From assembly GCA_951406725.2 (NCBI GenBank), contig OX597823.1, forward strand, positions 115,692,001 through 115,756,000: DNA of 64,000 nt, read 5' to 3'. Every line of letters starts with the position of its first letter. Within the stretch, counting starts at the first letter, position 1. The stretch is from Octopus vulgaris (Eukaryota). Of this stretch, positions 13,772 to 26,341 are shown piece by piece. A program made the position numbers and the translations under genes. Below the pieces are notes generated by a model. That model worked only from the letters and a program-made list of their open reading frames with translations, was not told the DNA's origin and did no database searches.

Positions 13772-15180
13772 ATGTTTTTATATTTTGAATTCATTAGAAT
13801 TTAGACATCTGATACATGCTAAGTTTTAGATAAGTCTAACATATTTCGGCTATTCTGCTGCAGATAGAATTTTCAAAATGTCTGTTAGGTTCTTTTGGTT
13901 CTTAAGATCATAACAGACATCATGGCTGTGGTCATGCTTGACAACACCCCCACTCCCCAACCGAACCAAAAAAAATAAAAAAGGCAACAACAACCAAAGT
14001 ACTGTTGTGGTGTTTATGTCCTTCCCAGAGATGTTTACAAATGAAAATGGTTTTGAACCAAGAACCTATGGAACATTGCATTCCTTTTGCTTCTTATGGG
14101 CAGTCAACCATATCTGATAAATCTCCTTGACCTATCCATAAGCCTACTTTCACAACATGCATGTTGCAGCATACTGTACACTTAAAAGTAGATCTGTGCA
14201 TGGCAATAAATCCACATGGCAACAGACATATGCATTTGGAGATGTCGATACCAAGTATGAACATAACATGTCTATATCATATATGAGCATAATGTGCTTC
14301 TATAACCCCTTCTTTACATATTTATCGACGCACACACACACACACACACGTATAATATTTGAGTCCACGATTGTCTTTCCACGCAACACAACTCTCACAA
14401 AATTCCCAGATGAATATTTGATTATTTTCACTGATATTTTAAAGTTGAACAGTTAATATTAGTTGTCTCATGTTTGACAGGTGTCTCTCTCTTGTCATCT
14501 TCAAAGAGCTTTGCATCTTTTTCCATTTCTCCTCTTTCTTTTCTATTTTTTCTCATCTCCATCTCTTTATATCCGTCTTCTGCATTTCTCCTTCTTTCAA
14601 TTGGTCATTCCAGTACATTTCAAAACATTATCGATCTTTCAGCAAGAATATTTTTGTCCTATATAAAAATAAAGAAAAAGCAGTCAACAGCCACCTACCC
14701 TCCATAAAAATCAATGATAATTTCTGTGTCTTTTGTACGTCATTTCCAAAATATCTACTCCTCTCACTCTTTCTTCATCTCTTGAAATATCTTCATCAAT
14801 GTCTTTTGGCTTTATGGTCATTTATACCAATAATCATTCCTTTTATGATTTTCATGCCATATTCTTCTCATCGCCTAAAGTACAGAAAACTATTTTGATT
14901 GAACAGTGAAATCAGGCGTTAGTTCCTGAAATAATATGTAGTCATAAAAAATATTAAAAAATATTAAAAAATAATCAGATATCTAGTTTCTTAAAGAAAT
15001 ATCAAAAGCATTGTTTCTTCCAAGTCCGTTTTGTCTCTCCTCTCCCCTTCCTTCCTCCATCCCTCATTACCACCTTCTGATTTCTCTTGAAGTATTAATA
15101 AATTTCTAATTTAATGAGAATAACTGTTGATATAAAACCTTTCAAAGAATAATTTTTAAAAATGTGCTCGTGTGTGCTCA

Positions 15181-15211
<31 letters not shown>

Positions 15212-15606
15212 TTTTTTGTTTGACTTCTGTTAAGTTGAACTTTGCTAAAACTTCTGAAAACTGTGGCACTTTACGACATTAAAGCCAAAATGGTAGCTAA
15301 GGTGTCTGTTTCTCTTGGAATTTATAACGTAATTAATAAATCTTTCAGACGTTTGAGAACTTCATTCTTTGCAGTAAATATTTTCATTAGACTCAAGGTC
15401 ATTTATTTTGTTAGTGATGAAGGTCGTTTACAGACCAGTATATTACTGGTATCTGTTGTCTATAGAAGAAGAAACACAAGCATAACTCTGACACAATTTC
15501 AACTTAAGACTAAAGTTTAAAATAGAAAATACTGCATTTTCTACCGTTCCTTTGGTTTCATGTTACTTTTCATTAGTAAGTTGTTGATAAAATATTCTTT
15601 GATTAA

Positions 15607-15830
15607 CCCCTTTGATACCATATTTCTGTTGAGATGCTCTGTGTTTCTTTCGATTAATTTTAAATATAACAAAGAATTTAGTGAAATAACTTAGTTATCA
15701 TTAAGCTAGTGTTAGGAACATAAAATTGTGACTAAGGTTTGGTGGAAGATTTTAATTCAGAACTTTTGAAAACAAGACATTTGTGCTACAGAGCCAGAGA
15801 TGGTTTCAGGCAGAGGTGGTATCGAATGGG
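15607..15830. mobile_element. TTAA-flanked piggyBac-type MITE (same family as 8214)
   Basis: TTAA|CCCCTTTGATACCA...TGGTATCGAATGGG|TTAA, with shared core AACAAAGAATTTAG..GGTTTGGTGGAAGATTTT. Confidence 0.8.
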
Positions 15831-15885
15831 TTAATAATTAATTGATTAGTTGAATATTTTAACAGGAAAAAACAATAATTGATAT

Positions 15886-16280
15886 AGGCATAGGAGTGAC
15901 TGTGTGGTAAGTAGCTTGCTTATGAACCACATGGTTCCCGGTTCAGTCCCACTGTGTGGCACCTTGGTAAGTGTCTTCTACTATAGCCTTGGGCCGACCA
16001 AAGCCTTGTGAGTGGATTTGGTAGATGGAAACTAAAAGAAGCCCGTCGTATATATGTATATATATATGTTTGCGTGTTTGTCCCCCCAACATCGCTTGAC
16101 AACTGACGTTGGTGTGTTTACGTCCTCGTAACTAAGCGGTTCGGCAAAAGAGACTGATAGAATAAGTACTAGGCTTACAAAGAATAAGTCCTGGGGTCGA
16201 TTTGATTTGACTAAAGGTGGTGCTCCAGCATGGCCACAGTCAAATGACTGAAACAAGTGAAAGAGTGAAAGCGTAAAAGG
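15886..16280 (+). mobile_element. SINE family A copy
   Basis: Colinear with 1262-1672. Confidence 0.88.
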
Positions 16281-16431
16281 GCCATATTGTTTTTTGTTTG
16301 TTTTGTTTATTCACATTGTGAATTACTCATGTTGCATGTTCACCCTAAATTACAGTACTCTGTACTAAAGCAAATTTAGGCTTTCTTTAAGGTTAGCAGT
16401 TCAAGTACCATAGCAAATATATATATATATG

Positions 16432-16880
16432 GGCACCATTCGAGTATGATCGTTACCAGCGTCACCTTACTGGCACTTGTACCTGTGCTAGTAGGGTGCC
16501 AAGAGCACCATCCAAGCATGATCATTGCCAGAGCAGCCTACTGGCTTCCATACCCGTGGCATGTAAAAGGGCACCATTCAAGCATGATCGTTATCAACGT
16601 CGCTTCACTGGCACCTGTGCCGGTGGCACATGTAAAAGGATTTGAGCGAGGTCATTGCCAGTACTGCCTGACTGGCTATCATGCCGGTGGCACGTACAAA
16701 GCACCCTCTAAAATCTCGGAGTGGTTGGCATTAGGAAGGGCATCCAGCTGTAGAAACTCTGCCAGATCAAGATTGGAGCCTGGTGCCGCCATCTGGTTCA
16801 CCAGCCCTCAGTCAAAATCATCCAACCCATGCTAGCATGGAAAGCGGACGTTAAACGGTGATGATGATGATGATGATGAT
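16432..16880 (+). mobile_element. Family E repeat with internal tandem units and (GAT)n tail (3' ends also at 2745-2930, 12886-13070 minus, 24925-25075, 39741-39990 minus, 45540-45735)
   Basis: Shared GAGTGGTTGGCATTAGGAAGGGCATCCAGCTGTAGAAAC...GCATGGAAA.CGGACGTTAAAC(GAT)n, with upstream repeats of GCACCATTC.AG.ATGATC.TT. Confidence 0.8.
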
Positions 16881-16989
16881 ATTTGTGTGTCTGTGGAGTG
16901 CTCCGCTACTTACACATTAATTTCACGAGCAGGCTGTCTGTTGATCGTCATAACCGACAGAGTGCTATGATATATAAATATACATATAC

Positions 16990-17034
<45 letters not shown>

Positions 17035-17344
17035 CAAACACATACACATGTATATATATATATTATTCTCTCTCTTACACACACGCAAGCATATTTATAT
17101 ATGTATTCTTTCATTCTTTTGACGGCGGCCACACTGGAGCACTGCTTTGAAGGGTTTTAGTTGAACAAATCGCCCCCAGAACTTATTCTTTGTAAGCCTA
17201 GTTATTCTATTGGTCTGTTTTGCTAACTGTAATGTTACAGGGACATAAACACACCAACACCAGTTGTCAAGTAGTGATGGGGGCACAAACATAGGCATAA
17301 AGACACACACGCACACAGATATATGCATACATACATATACTTCT

Positions 17345-20300
17345 ATATAAATAGAAATAGGACAGTCTCGGATATCTTTCAGGGCTCTGTCTAATGCTTC
17401 CTAAGCTCCCTTCTGAGCCATAGTGCACTCATCCCAGACAATTAGATGACACATTTTAAGTACTTATCACTGATCTGAGCTTTTGTTTATGCTGCATAAA
17501 GGCATTTCGGATGCTATTAAATTGAGAGGGAGTTTAAAAGTTAAGTGTGCTGTCCTGCCACCGGGTAACAAAGTAGCTGCAATGCCAGAGGAGGCTACAG
17601 CTACTGCAATGTCCTGATGCTGCCTAACTTCTATAAGGAGAAGCTTTGTAATAAACGTTTTTCCTGTCCCTCCAGGAGCATCGAGGAAAAAGATTCGTCC
17701 CTCGCGTTGGCGTACAGTGTTAAGAATAGTTCTGTAGGCCTGCAGCTGGTCTGGAAGTAATTTAGGCTCATTTTCAACAATGTACTTTGAAAGCGCTTGA
17801 GTGTTGTAGGTTGTTTCATGAATGACAGCAGTGGGAAGGCTATTTGACCCTGACCTGAATGCTTGTGGCAGGCCATACGTCGACAATTCATTTCCACCCA
17901 GTTTAGCAATTCTGTCTTCAATGTCAATGTGTGTTTTGTTATAGATTTCATTGCTGATACCCTCCATGTCAGGATATAGCAGTTGAGCTTGGCGTTGAAA
18001 GTCTTCAGCCAGGTTGTCTCTATATTTGAGCCATAGAGTGGCCGGATCACACAGTTCGCATGCCTGTAGTAATACTGCAAATAGTGCCCTGAGACTTTTA
18101 GGGGATTGTGATAAAGCAGCCTCTCCTAAAGTTGCATCCCATTGTGCACCATCTTCTAACAGACCTTGTCGATAGCAGGCTTCTCTGTATGTTGTGCAGA
18201 CATGTCCATGAATGGCTTTTAGGGCCTGGAAAGACATTGGCCCTCTGACCTCATGCAGTAGTAGACAAAGGTAGAAGCACTCTTGTTGAGTGGGATGCGC
18301 TGTGTATACTCACCCAAGGCAAGCGTGAAACTTAATGCCAGGGTATCCATGAACATTTTGACCTGCTTTCCGTGGGGACCACTTTTTTCCATTCCAAGTG
18401 TAGTACAATGGAATCTGTGGATACAGCAAGGTTTGAGCGAATGGATCCACTTGACAAAGCTTGAAGAATGCAGTGAGTGTGCTATCCCTTGGTTCCTCTG
18501 CCAACAGAGAAGCATTAGCATCGGTGAAGTACACTCTTTGACCATTTTCCAGGTGCACTGCAAGCTGTTGAATGGTGGGGTGTTGCTGGTGAATTGGAAA
18601 GCCAAAGATGCACCAGAAAGCCTCGTTGCTACTTATGTACCGTCCCACCTGATAATGCGTCACCTCATCCTGGCAGTATTCTTGTTGAAGTCCAAACATT
18701 GCAGCGTCAAAACCCTTGTTTACATATTTGCAAACGTACTTGACGGATTTAACGGAGTTGTAAAACTCAATGTTGATGTGGGCATTGAAAGTCTTTGATA
18801 GGAGTGGACAGTATGGAACAATCCATCTATTATCAATATTGTGCTGTCTGATAGTTGCTGTGAAACCTCCATCTTCTGGTTTTCTGATGGACACCCATCA
18901 GCACCTGTCTGAGTTTCTTGTAAGAACCTCCTTGGAAATCTTTTTGAACATATGCTGTCCTTCAAGCATGGTGAGTTTATGTTGAATCCACGCCCACATG
19001 GACCATGTACCATGTTTGCTTTAACTATTTCGTATAGTTCTTTGTCTAAAGCTGGATCAGGAAGCTCTGCAGAGATTATGGTGTCGATGTCATTGGAATT
19101 GATCTTCGCTGAGAGCCAAAGCAGGATATGAGCATGTGGAAGGCCCCTTTTTTGCCACTCGATTGTGTACATGTCACATTGTATGGCCCAAAAACTTGCC
19201 CTTTTTGTATGAGCTCCATGAGAGAAATTAACTTTAGATGGAAAACTCGGGCGTTGAGATTCCGGTTCGAATGTAAGGCAGGTTTGAAAGTGTTCCCAAC
19301 AGTTATTAGTTGTAGTGGTAGAGTGTTTATGCCGAATATGTACATATGCATGTATATATATATGTATGTATGCCTGTATATATGTACAAAATCCACTGAA
19401 AAGGCTTTTGTTGGTCTGAGGCTACAGCAGAAAACACATGCCAAGTAACCACACAGTGGGACTGAACCCAGGACCATGTGTTTGGAACGTAGTTTGTTAC
19501 CACACAGCCACACCTGCCCCTATGTATGTATGTGTGTGTGTGTGCGTATGTGTGTATGGGTAGATATATTATGCATGTATATATGTGTATATATATGTGT
19601 ACATATTACATGTACATCTATATATATACATCTACACATAAAATACAAAATACAAAGTTATATCTTGATATCGCTAGTGATAACAATACTCAAAATATAT
19701 AACAGGCTGGAATTGTAGGCCTGTCTCTTGCAATTTCGATCAATTGGATCTTGTCCTCCCTCTTGTATAGAAGTGTACGGCTGCAGCGAAATTCATTTTT
19801 GGACTTTCTTCTATCGAAGGCATTTTAACAAAAATGCTTCTGTAAAGACGGTGAAAATATTGTCAATTTCCCCAAACAGGGACACAATTCAATTTTTAAA
19901 CAATAACCAATGCCCCTACTCTGAAAGGGGGAGGGTTACGGTTTACAATTATTTAACAAATGCAACACAACAACGTTTCCCTGACGAGGAACCAACAAAT
20001 GTGATTACAATAGTCAAACAGTAATAATAATAACAACAAACTTTTTTAATTTATCCCCATTTATGTGAAACCACTTATTCAAGTTCAAGTCATTGATGCA
20101 ATTTTATACGAATTGTTAATACACAAACACACACATAATAAGGGTGAAAAATTGAATATTAATTTGATTAATATGAATTGAAAACCAGTGGTGTAGCATA
20201 TAAGACCATAGCGGATCTTCTAGCAAAATAGATGACCACTTGTTAATGGTTCATCCCTGTTATATAATACTTTCACTTTAATTGTTTCAGTATTAAAATG

Positions 20301-20545
20301 AAAGTATCTGAATTACAAAAGAGAGATGTTTTTGTTTCACTTTTAACACGTAATACTGAAATAGTGGAGAAGATATGTTATTGCTGTGGGGTCGCCCTAG
20401 GAAAAAAGTTAAGATTCTTTTGCTGATGACACTCCCCGGACCTTCAGTAAGGCATGTGTAAAATTTGAATGAAATTGGTTGTGTAGTTCTCAAGTTTTAG
20501 GGAAACACAGACAGACACACATTATCAGTTTTATATATATAGAGA
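17345..20545 (-). mobile_element. Decayed autonomous-type Helitron: 5' terminus plus Rep/Pif1 helicase fragment
   Basis: The minus strand begins A|TCTCTATATATATAAAACTG at 20545 (Helitron-type 5' TC end). The coding remnant is at 17360-19255. No canonical 3' hairpin-CTAG was seen. Linking the terminus to the coding part is inferred. Confidence 0.7.
17360..19255 (-). pseudogene. Helitron RepHel protein fragment (HUH Rep + Pif1 helicase N-part), frameshifted
   Basis: ARVFHLKL; YTIEWQKRGLPHAHILLWL (HUH motif); MVHGPCG; DNRWIVPY..NAHINIE..VKYVCKYVNKG (catalytic YxxKY); RYISSNEAFW; FFLDAPGGTGKTF (Walker A); VASSGIAATLLPGGRTAH; LIVWDECTMA (Walker B, after stops near 17465). Confidence 0.95.
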
Positions 20546-21733
20546 TACATATATATGACAGGCTTCTTTCAGTTTCCCTCTAGCAAGTCCACTCACAAGG
20601 CTTTGGTCGGCCCGAGGCTATAGTAGAAGACACTTGCCCAAGATGCCATGCAGTAGGACTGAACCGAGAACCATGTGGCTGGTAAGCAAGCTACTTACCA
20701 CACAGCCATTCCTGTGCCTACTTACTTACTTACCACACATCTGCTAAATGTTCTGGAAATTTCAGACTTTTGTCAAAAAATGTTGTGTCACACAACTAAC
20801 CGATGTTCAAGAATGGGTTACTTGGTTTGAAGTAAGCTATATTGGTATCCTGGAATTACTGGTGTTAATCTGTCATTGGCAAATACTGTAGCATAGTTGT
20901 ACTTAATTACAAACTAACTGAAAAAGTCTGTTAAGTTACTACCACAAAACCATTGAACTAATATGTAATTAAAATAGCATATATTTGGAATATTTCAATA
21001 CCATATTTTAAAAATTCTTGTGTAACTTGCAGTTTTATCTATTTCATTTTGGTTGTGTATTGATGAAGTTTGTCTTGAATGGCGCTAGCTCTAATGATCT
21101 TTCTTTGACAGCTTAAATTACTCAAAATAGAGAAGTTTTCACTTAAGGACAAAAACACAACAAAACTTACAAAAGCCATCACCTTCTTCCATTGCGGTAA
21201 ACTGTTTTCATATTCTGTGACAGAAAAATTAGTTCTATTCAAGATTTTGAATCACAAATTACAGTTATGAAGCAACTTTCTGAAAAATTAATATCAGTGC
21301 ACTCCGAAACTGTACACTTTTGCACTTTGATAATGGCCAGAACTATTTCAACATTATGTTAGCATGTTGGTTAGGTTTATTTTGTTTCTTTTGAATATTT
21401 TTAATTAGAAAGAGGGAGAGAGAGAGAGAGGAAGTGTGTGTGAGAGAGAGTTGTGATCTATTGAATTTCATGAAAATATATCAGCTAATATCTTTTAATA
21501 TAATTAACTCTCAACTCATTACATCACAATTTTTATCTATCTCTTATATTATCCAGAAGATGATGCTAATAAACTAGAGATGATAAATTATTATGGAAAT
21601 AATTACCAAATATATATATATATATATATATATAATAAAATGAAAATGAAAATGAAAACTTAGGAAAGAATATTTGCCAAAATGAATATTGATGATGATG
21701 GTGATGACAATGATGACGATGATGATGATGACA

Positions 21734-21767
<34 letters not shown>

Positions 21768-22266
21768 CGATGATGATGATGATGATGATGATGACAATGA
21801 TGATGATGATGATAATCATAATAATAATGAGGGAAGAGGATGGTGATAATAAGGATAAACTTTTCTGCTGTGTTGAAAAATAAGCAAGAATTCAGTCCAC
21901 TTGAATTTAAATAGAAGTAAAATTAAACTTTTTGGCCTTTACAGAAGATTTATCTTTTCCTACTTGGCATGAAAAACAAAATCAATCTATTGAATTTATT
22001 CTGTTCTTCTTCTTCTTCGTTTTTTTAGAAATATTTCAGAGCATTAATCAGGCAAAAACACAAATAAAACAAAACAAGCTCGATATGGTTGTTCCCTATC
22101 GCATCTCCTTTATATAAACACCCATACAGGCACAATATCAATTTTATACACATTATCAGATATACCATCACATGATGCTAATCCATAATTTCCTAACAAC
22201 TTTATTGTTCTCTAACTTTTACACTTTTCTCAAGATGCTTTTTATTTTAAACTCTTCCATCTCCAG

Positions 22267-22391
22267 GAAATCTTGGACGTGTTGATTACATAACGGAGTA
22301 CGAATATGATCTGTTTATCCGACCTGACACTTGCAATCCTCGCTTCCGAGTCTGGTTCAATTTCACCGTGGAAAATGTTTCTGTTGATCAG
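22267..22391 (+). CDS. AGBL4: Cytosolic carboxypeptidase 6 (AGBL4/CCP6-like) coding exon
   Basis: catctccAG acceptor and CAG|GTaatt donor. Translates (G)NLGRVDYITEYEYDLFIRPDTCNPRFRVWFNFTVENVSVDQ. Spliced to the previous exon it rebuilds the CCP signature FESGNL and the WF.F motif. 125 nt, phase 1-0. Confidence 0.96.
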
Positions 22392-22570
22392 GTAATTACT
22401 ACTATCAATCACTAATACTGAACTCAGATGTTGTTCGATATGGAAGTTTAAATTCTCTGCCGTTTTCTTTCTTGCTAATAATGATTCCTACATTTAATCA
22501 GGAAGATTTATTGGATGAAAGATTGTATTTTTAGTTAATCACATCAGAGATAATTAACTTATTAAATAAA

Positions 22571-22943
22571 TCTCTCTCTATATAAAGCTGAAATTGTCTG
22601 TGTATGGTAGGTTTGGTAGACTTCAACTAACACTATCTCCTCCTAGACTCTGCGGCGCAAGTTGACCAAAATTGAGAGTATGATAGAAGAAGGCTTGCTC
22701 TTACTTCCATAGAAGAAACAATTCAAATTGCACCATGTTAACACCAAAAATTATTTACATCAAAAAGGTGCTTTTTTTCTATGAAAATCCCTATTTTTTT
22801 ACGATTTTTTTACTGCTGTGTCGCCATTTTTCGGTGTATTTCAACCAGAAGAATTTTCACTTAAAGCAACATTTTTACTTTTCAAAACATTCCAATTCTA
22901 AAGGGTCAAAACAAACCTGAGCAACGCTGGGCGATACTGCTAG
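22571..22943 (+). mobile_element. Complete non-autonomous Helitron (373 bp)
   Basis: Inserted at A|T. Starts TCTCTCTCTATATAAAGC and ends with an imperfect GC hairpin CCTGAGCAACGCTGGG followed by GCTAG|T. No TSD. Confidence 0.82.
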
Positions 22944-23171
22944 TATAAATATAAATGTCTTCATTGATGATAATGATGATGATGATGGTCATCATTATTA
23001 TTATCATCATGTTAACATCCATTTTTTCCCTGCTTGCATGAGTCAGATGGAGATTGCTGAGGTTGCTATTCTGTTGTCAGATGCCCAACCTATTGTCAAC
23101 GCTCGCCTGTTTCCAAGCAAGGTAATATTTCCCCATGGCTGGACATGTTATCACACATTATTGCCGAATCA

Positions 23172-24108
23172 GAACATGTGGATGTGTACAGGTGTTAAAA
23201 GTATGAAACACCTGGTAAAAGTATTTCAACAGGTGTTAAAAGTATGAAACTCATCACCAGCAAATGGTGTACCAATACTGTGGAATATGCATTTGATTTT
23301 GCTGTGAAACATAGACACAAAAACCCATAGCTATTCACATGGCAAATATAATGAAACTTGGTGATAAACTATTTCTAGAATGTTGCAAAAATATCACCAA
23401 ATTGAATTCAGTAATATGATTATTGATAATGCTTGCATTCATATGCTCTCTCATCTTCAACAGTTTGATATTTTAGCATTGCCAAATATTTATGTGAAAA
23501 TTCTAAGCAACATTGCCGCCACTGCAATTGCTGGAAAGTGCTAATATTGTACCTGGCCAAAACATTGGGGACTCCTATGCAATTTTTGAAACTGGTCCTT
23601 CAAAATTCAGGTCACTCTATCCAAGGTAAGAACAATGTCAACTCCACGGGTATGTTATTAGCCAACTGCGACACGCTAGATTGCCTTGGCTGCTACAGAT
23701 ATGCTACAATGATTTGAGACCCAGTAACGAAAGTGCTGAAGACTAAGAGGCTTCACACACCATTTGCTGACAGTACTTCCCTCTGTCACAGATGCTAGTG
23801 AAGGGTTATGGCTCAGTGGTCAGAGCGTTGGGCTTACAATCATGAGATAGTATGTTCGATTCTTGGAAATGAATTGCGACATCACTTGCGCCAAGCTGTA
23901 TCAGCCCTTGCCTTTCCCTTAGATAACATTACTGGGTATGGAGAGAGGATGCTGGTATGCATGAGCAATTGCTGGTCTTCATTAAAAAAAGGAAAAAAAA
24001 CCTCACCTGGAGCTGTATCTTTCTGGATGCAATCCCATGGTCATTCATGACTGAAGATGGTCTTTATGCTTTACCCTTTATTGATGCCATCATCTAAAAT
24101 CTTTAATC
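23172..24108 (+). pseudogene. Processed pseudogene of NAD-isocitrate dehydrogenase regulatory subunit (IDH3 gamma/beta-like), 3' half, split by a SINE
   Basis: Intronless and disrupted by frameshifts and stops: [104 protein letters not shown]. Matches recalled IDH3G motifs ([37 protein letters not shown]). C-terminal IDAII*NL resumes at ~24080 after the SINE. Confidence 0.88.
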
Positions 24109-24837
24109 AAAAGGCAGCATTGGTTTTATTAATTAAACAAGAAACGTCAAACCATGAAAAATCTTCAAAAACATTATTTATTAGTTATCCAAGATATTTG
24201 TTATTGTTGTTGTTGTTGTTCATTTGAATCGCAATTTGAGTTAATTAATTAATTAACTGAAGAAGATATTACACATAATCCTTAGTCTTTAATCTGTATT
24301 AAAATCTCATGACACTCATGAAAGAACAAATATTCCCTTAATCCATAGGCAAGGTATCCCCTACAGGTTGTTTGTAAATAGTTATTACTTGAATTTGCAA
24401 GCATGGCTATGTGGTTCGGGAGCTTACTTTCAAATTATGTGATCTCAGGTTCAGTCATACTGCATGGCACCTTCTACTATAGCCCTGGACCAACAAAATC
24501 CTTGTGTGTAGATTTGGCAGAAGGAATCAGAAAGAAGCCTGTTTTGTATAAATATATTCATACAAATCATCATCAGCATCATTGTTGTCATTTAACGCCT
24601 GCTTTCCATGCTGGCGTATATATTTTATATACTGTTTCCTCATTAGTCAAGGACCATCTGGATATATATACAAACCCAAAGGAATCCTTCTTTTACCTGA
24701 AGCCTTGCTGCTGTGCCTGTAAATGTATGAAGAACTTGCTAGAAGCTCTGTGGAGATGGCAAGATCCGAAAAAAAAAATTTTTTTAAAAGAAGAATTCCA
24801 ACTACCCAATCAACTAACTTTATATATACATTGAGAT

Positions 24838-24883
<46 letters not shown>

Positions 24884-25174
24884 TAAACACACAAGCAAAC
24901 ATTCATAACATTTGCATAAACCTACCACACTCTCGGAGTGGTTGGTGATAGGAAGGGCATCCAGCTGTAGAAACTCTGCCAGATCAGATTGGAGCCTGGT
25001 GCAGCCATCTGGTTCGCCAGTCCTCAGTCAAATCGTCCAACCCATGCTAGGCATGGAAAGTGGACGTTAGACCACAATGACTAGTAGTTTCATGTGATGA
25101 AGAGAGCTTAGACAGCATTTTGTAACATGTCTAGTGCCTTCATGCAATCCTTGGCATAACAAGCTATATGTGTA

Positions 25175-25712
25175 TGTAGTGGTTAAGTGTGTATGTAAAC
25201 AAATACGTAAACCGATTCATGATTGAAAGGAATTTATTTACAGGGTTATAGGTACACTACATACAAATGTAGGCAACTGCTACGAGTTGCTAGAAATACA
25301 GAGTACATATTAGGAATGAATATGTTTGTGTGTGTGTGCGTGTTTCATTTGAAACAGTAGTCTATCGGCACTTTGAACATTTCTCCCTGTCTCTGTCGTC
25401 TGCCAAAAACTTGGGTCGTAGATAGATCTATCTCGTCTGTCTGCTCCCGTCTTTCACCACCGGTTTTATAATATTTGTGGCAGCTAGAAAGACAGACATA
25501 CTGCAGCAGAGTTTGTACCTAAATAGGTCAGCGCTTGTCCAGTTGAACTTCGCCTGACATGATGAGGTCGGAGGTCAAAGGGAGATGATCAATCAATTTT
25601 TGACAGGACAAAGAAAACCTTTTTTTGCGCCTGTTGATCGTCGTGGTTTGGATGACCGAGAATTCTTGGATTCGGTTTCGAATCTAGGATTAGAGAAGGA
25701 AGTGTTAATTCT

Positions 25713-25716
<4 letters not shown>
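25175..25716 (-). mobile_element. Solo LTR (Gypsy-type)
   Basis: TGTA|TGTAGT...CTTACA|TGTA gives TG..CA termini with a 4-bp TSD. The minus strand has TATAAAA (~25465) then AATAAA (~25235). The TSD is low complexity. Confidence 0.6.
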
Positions 25717-25758
<42 letters not shown>

Positions 25759-26341
25759 TATACATGCATGCATACACGCACACACACACAGAATATGTAT
25801 GTATGTGGCACACTCTCTAATACAGTTTTATATGCATCTTCTGCCTCATCTTCAGTTCTTTTCTTATATATTTATTTTCATGTCATTAAATTTTCTGTGT
25901 AAATCTCTGAACATCTTTGGAGTTTATTTTTATCCCAAGTTTTGCTGTTGTTGTTGCTATGATATCACCTGGCATCTGCAGAATGTTGATTGTTGTTGTT
26001 AATTGTTATTGTGAAAGCTAGCGAATATAATCCTTGCCTTGTTAAAAGTTTAAATATCATTGTATGGTGATGAGGTGTTGAGTTTCCCTATACAAAAGCA
26101 CTGCAAGATGAAGTGATGCATTGGGAGACGTATACCATGGACAATACGGCTGCTACAATTGAAATGATTTTGAAGTTTGTATTTTGATGTAGAGAACTCT
26201 CTTATCAGTATTTATAAGATGTTATTGAAGCAATTCAAACAAGAAAACAAGGTGTAGGGATTAAAGCGTATCTCTGGAAAATCAACTTCTGTTTTGAAAG
26301 TTAATAATGGGAGATAAACTCTGAGCAGCGTAGGCAGGAAA

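Noticed and set aside
19981-20010. CTGACGA hammerhead-like heptamer
   Set aside because: No downstream stem II/GAAA/UH arrangement.
21574-21883. Poly-Met/poly-Ile ORFs, and the poly-Leu ORF at 35112-35339
   Set aside because: Trinucleotide repeats (GAT)n and (TTA)n.
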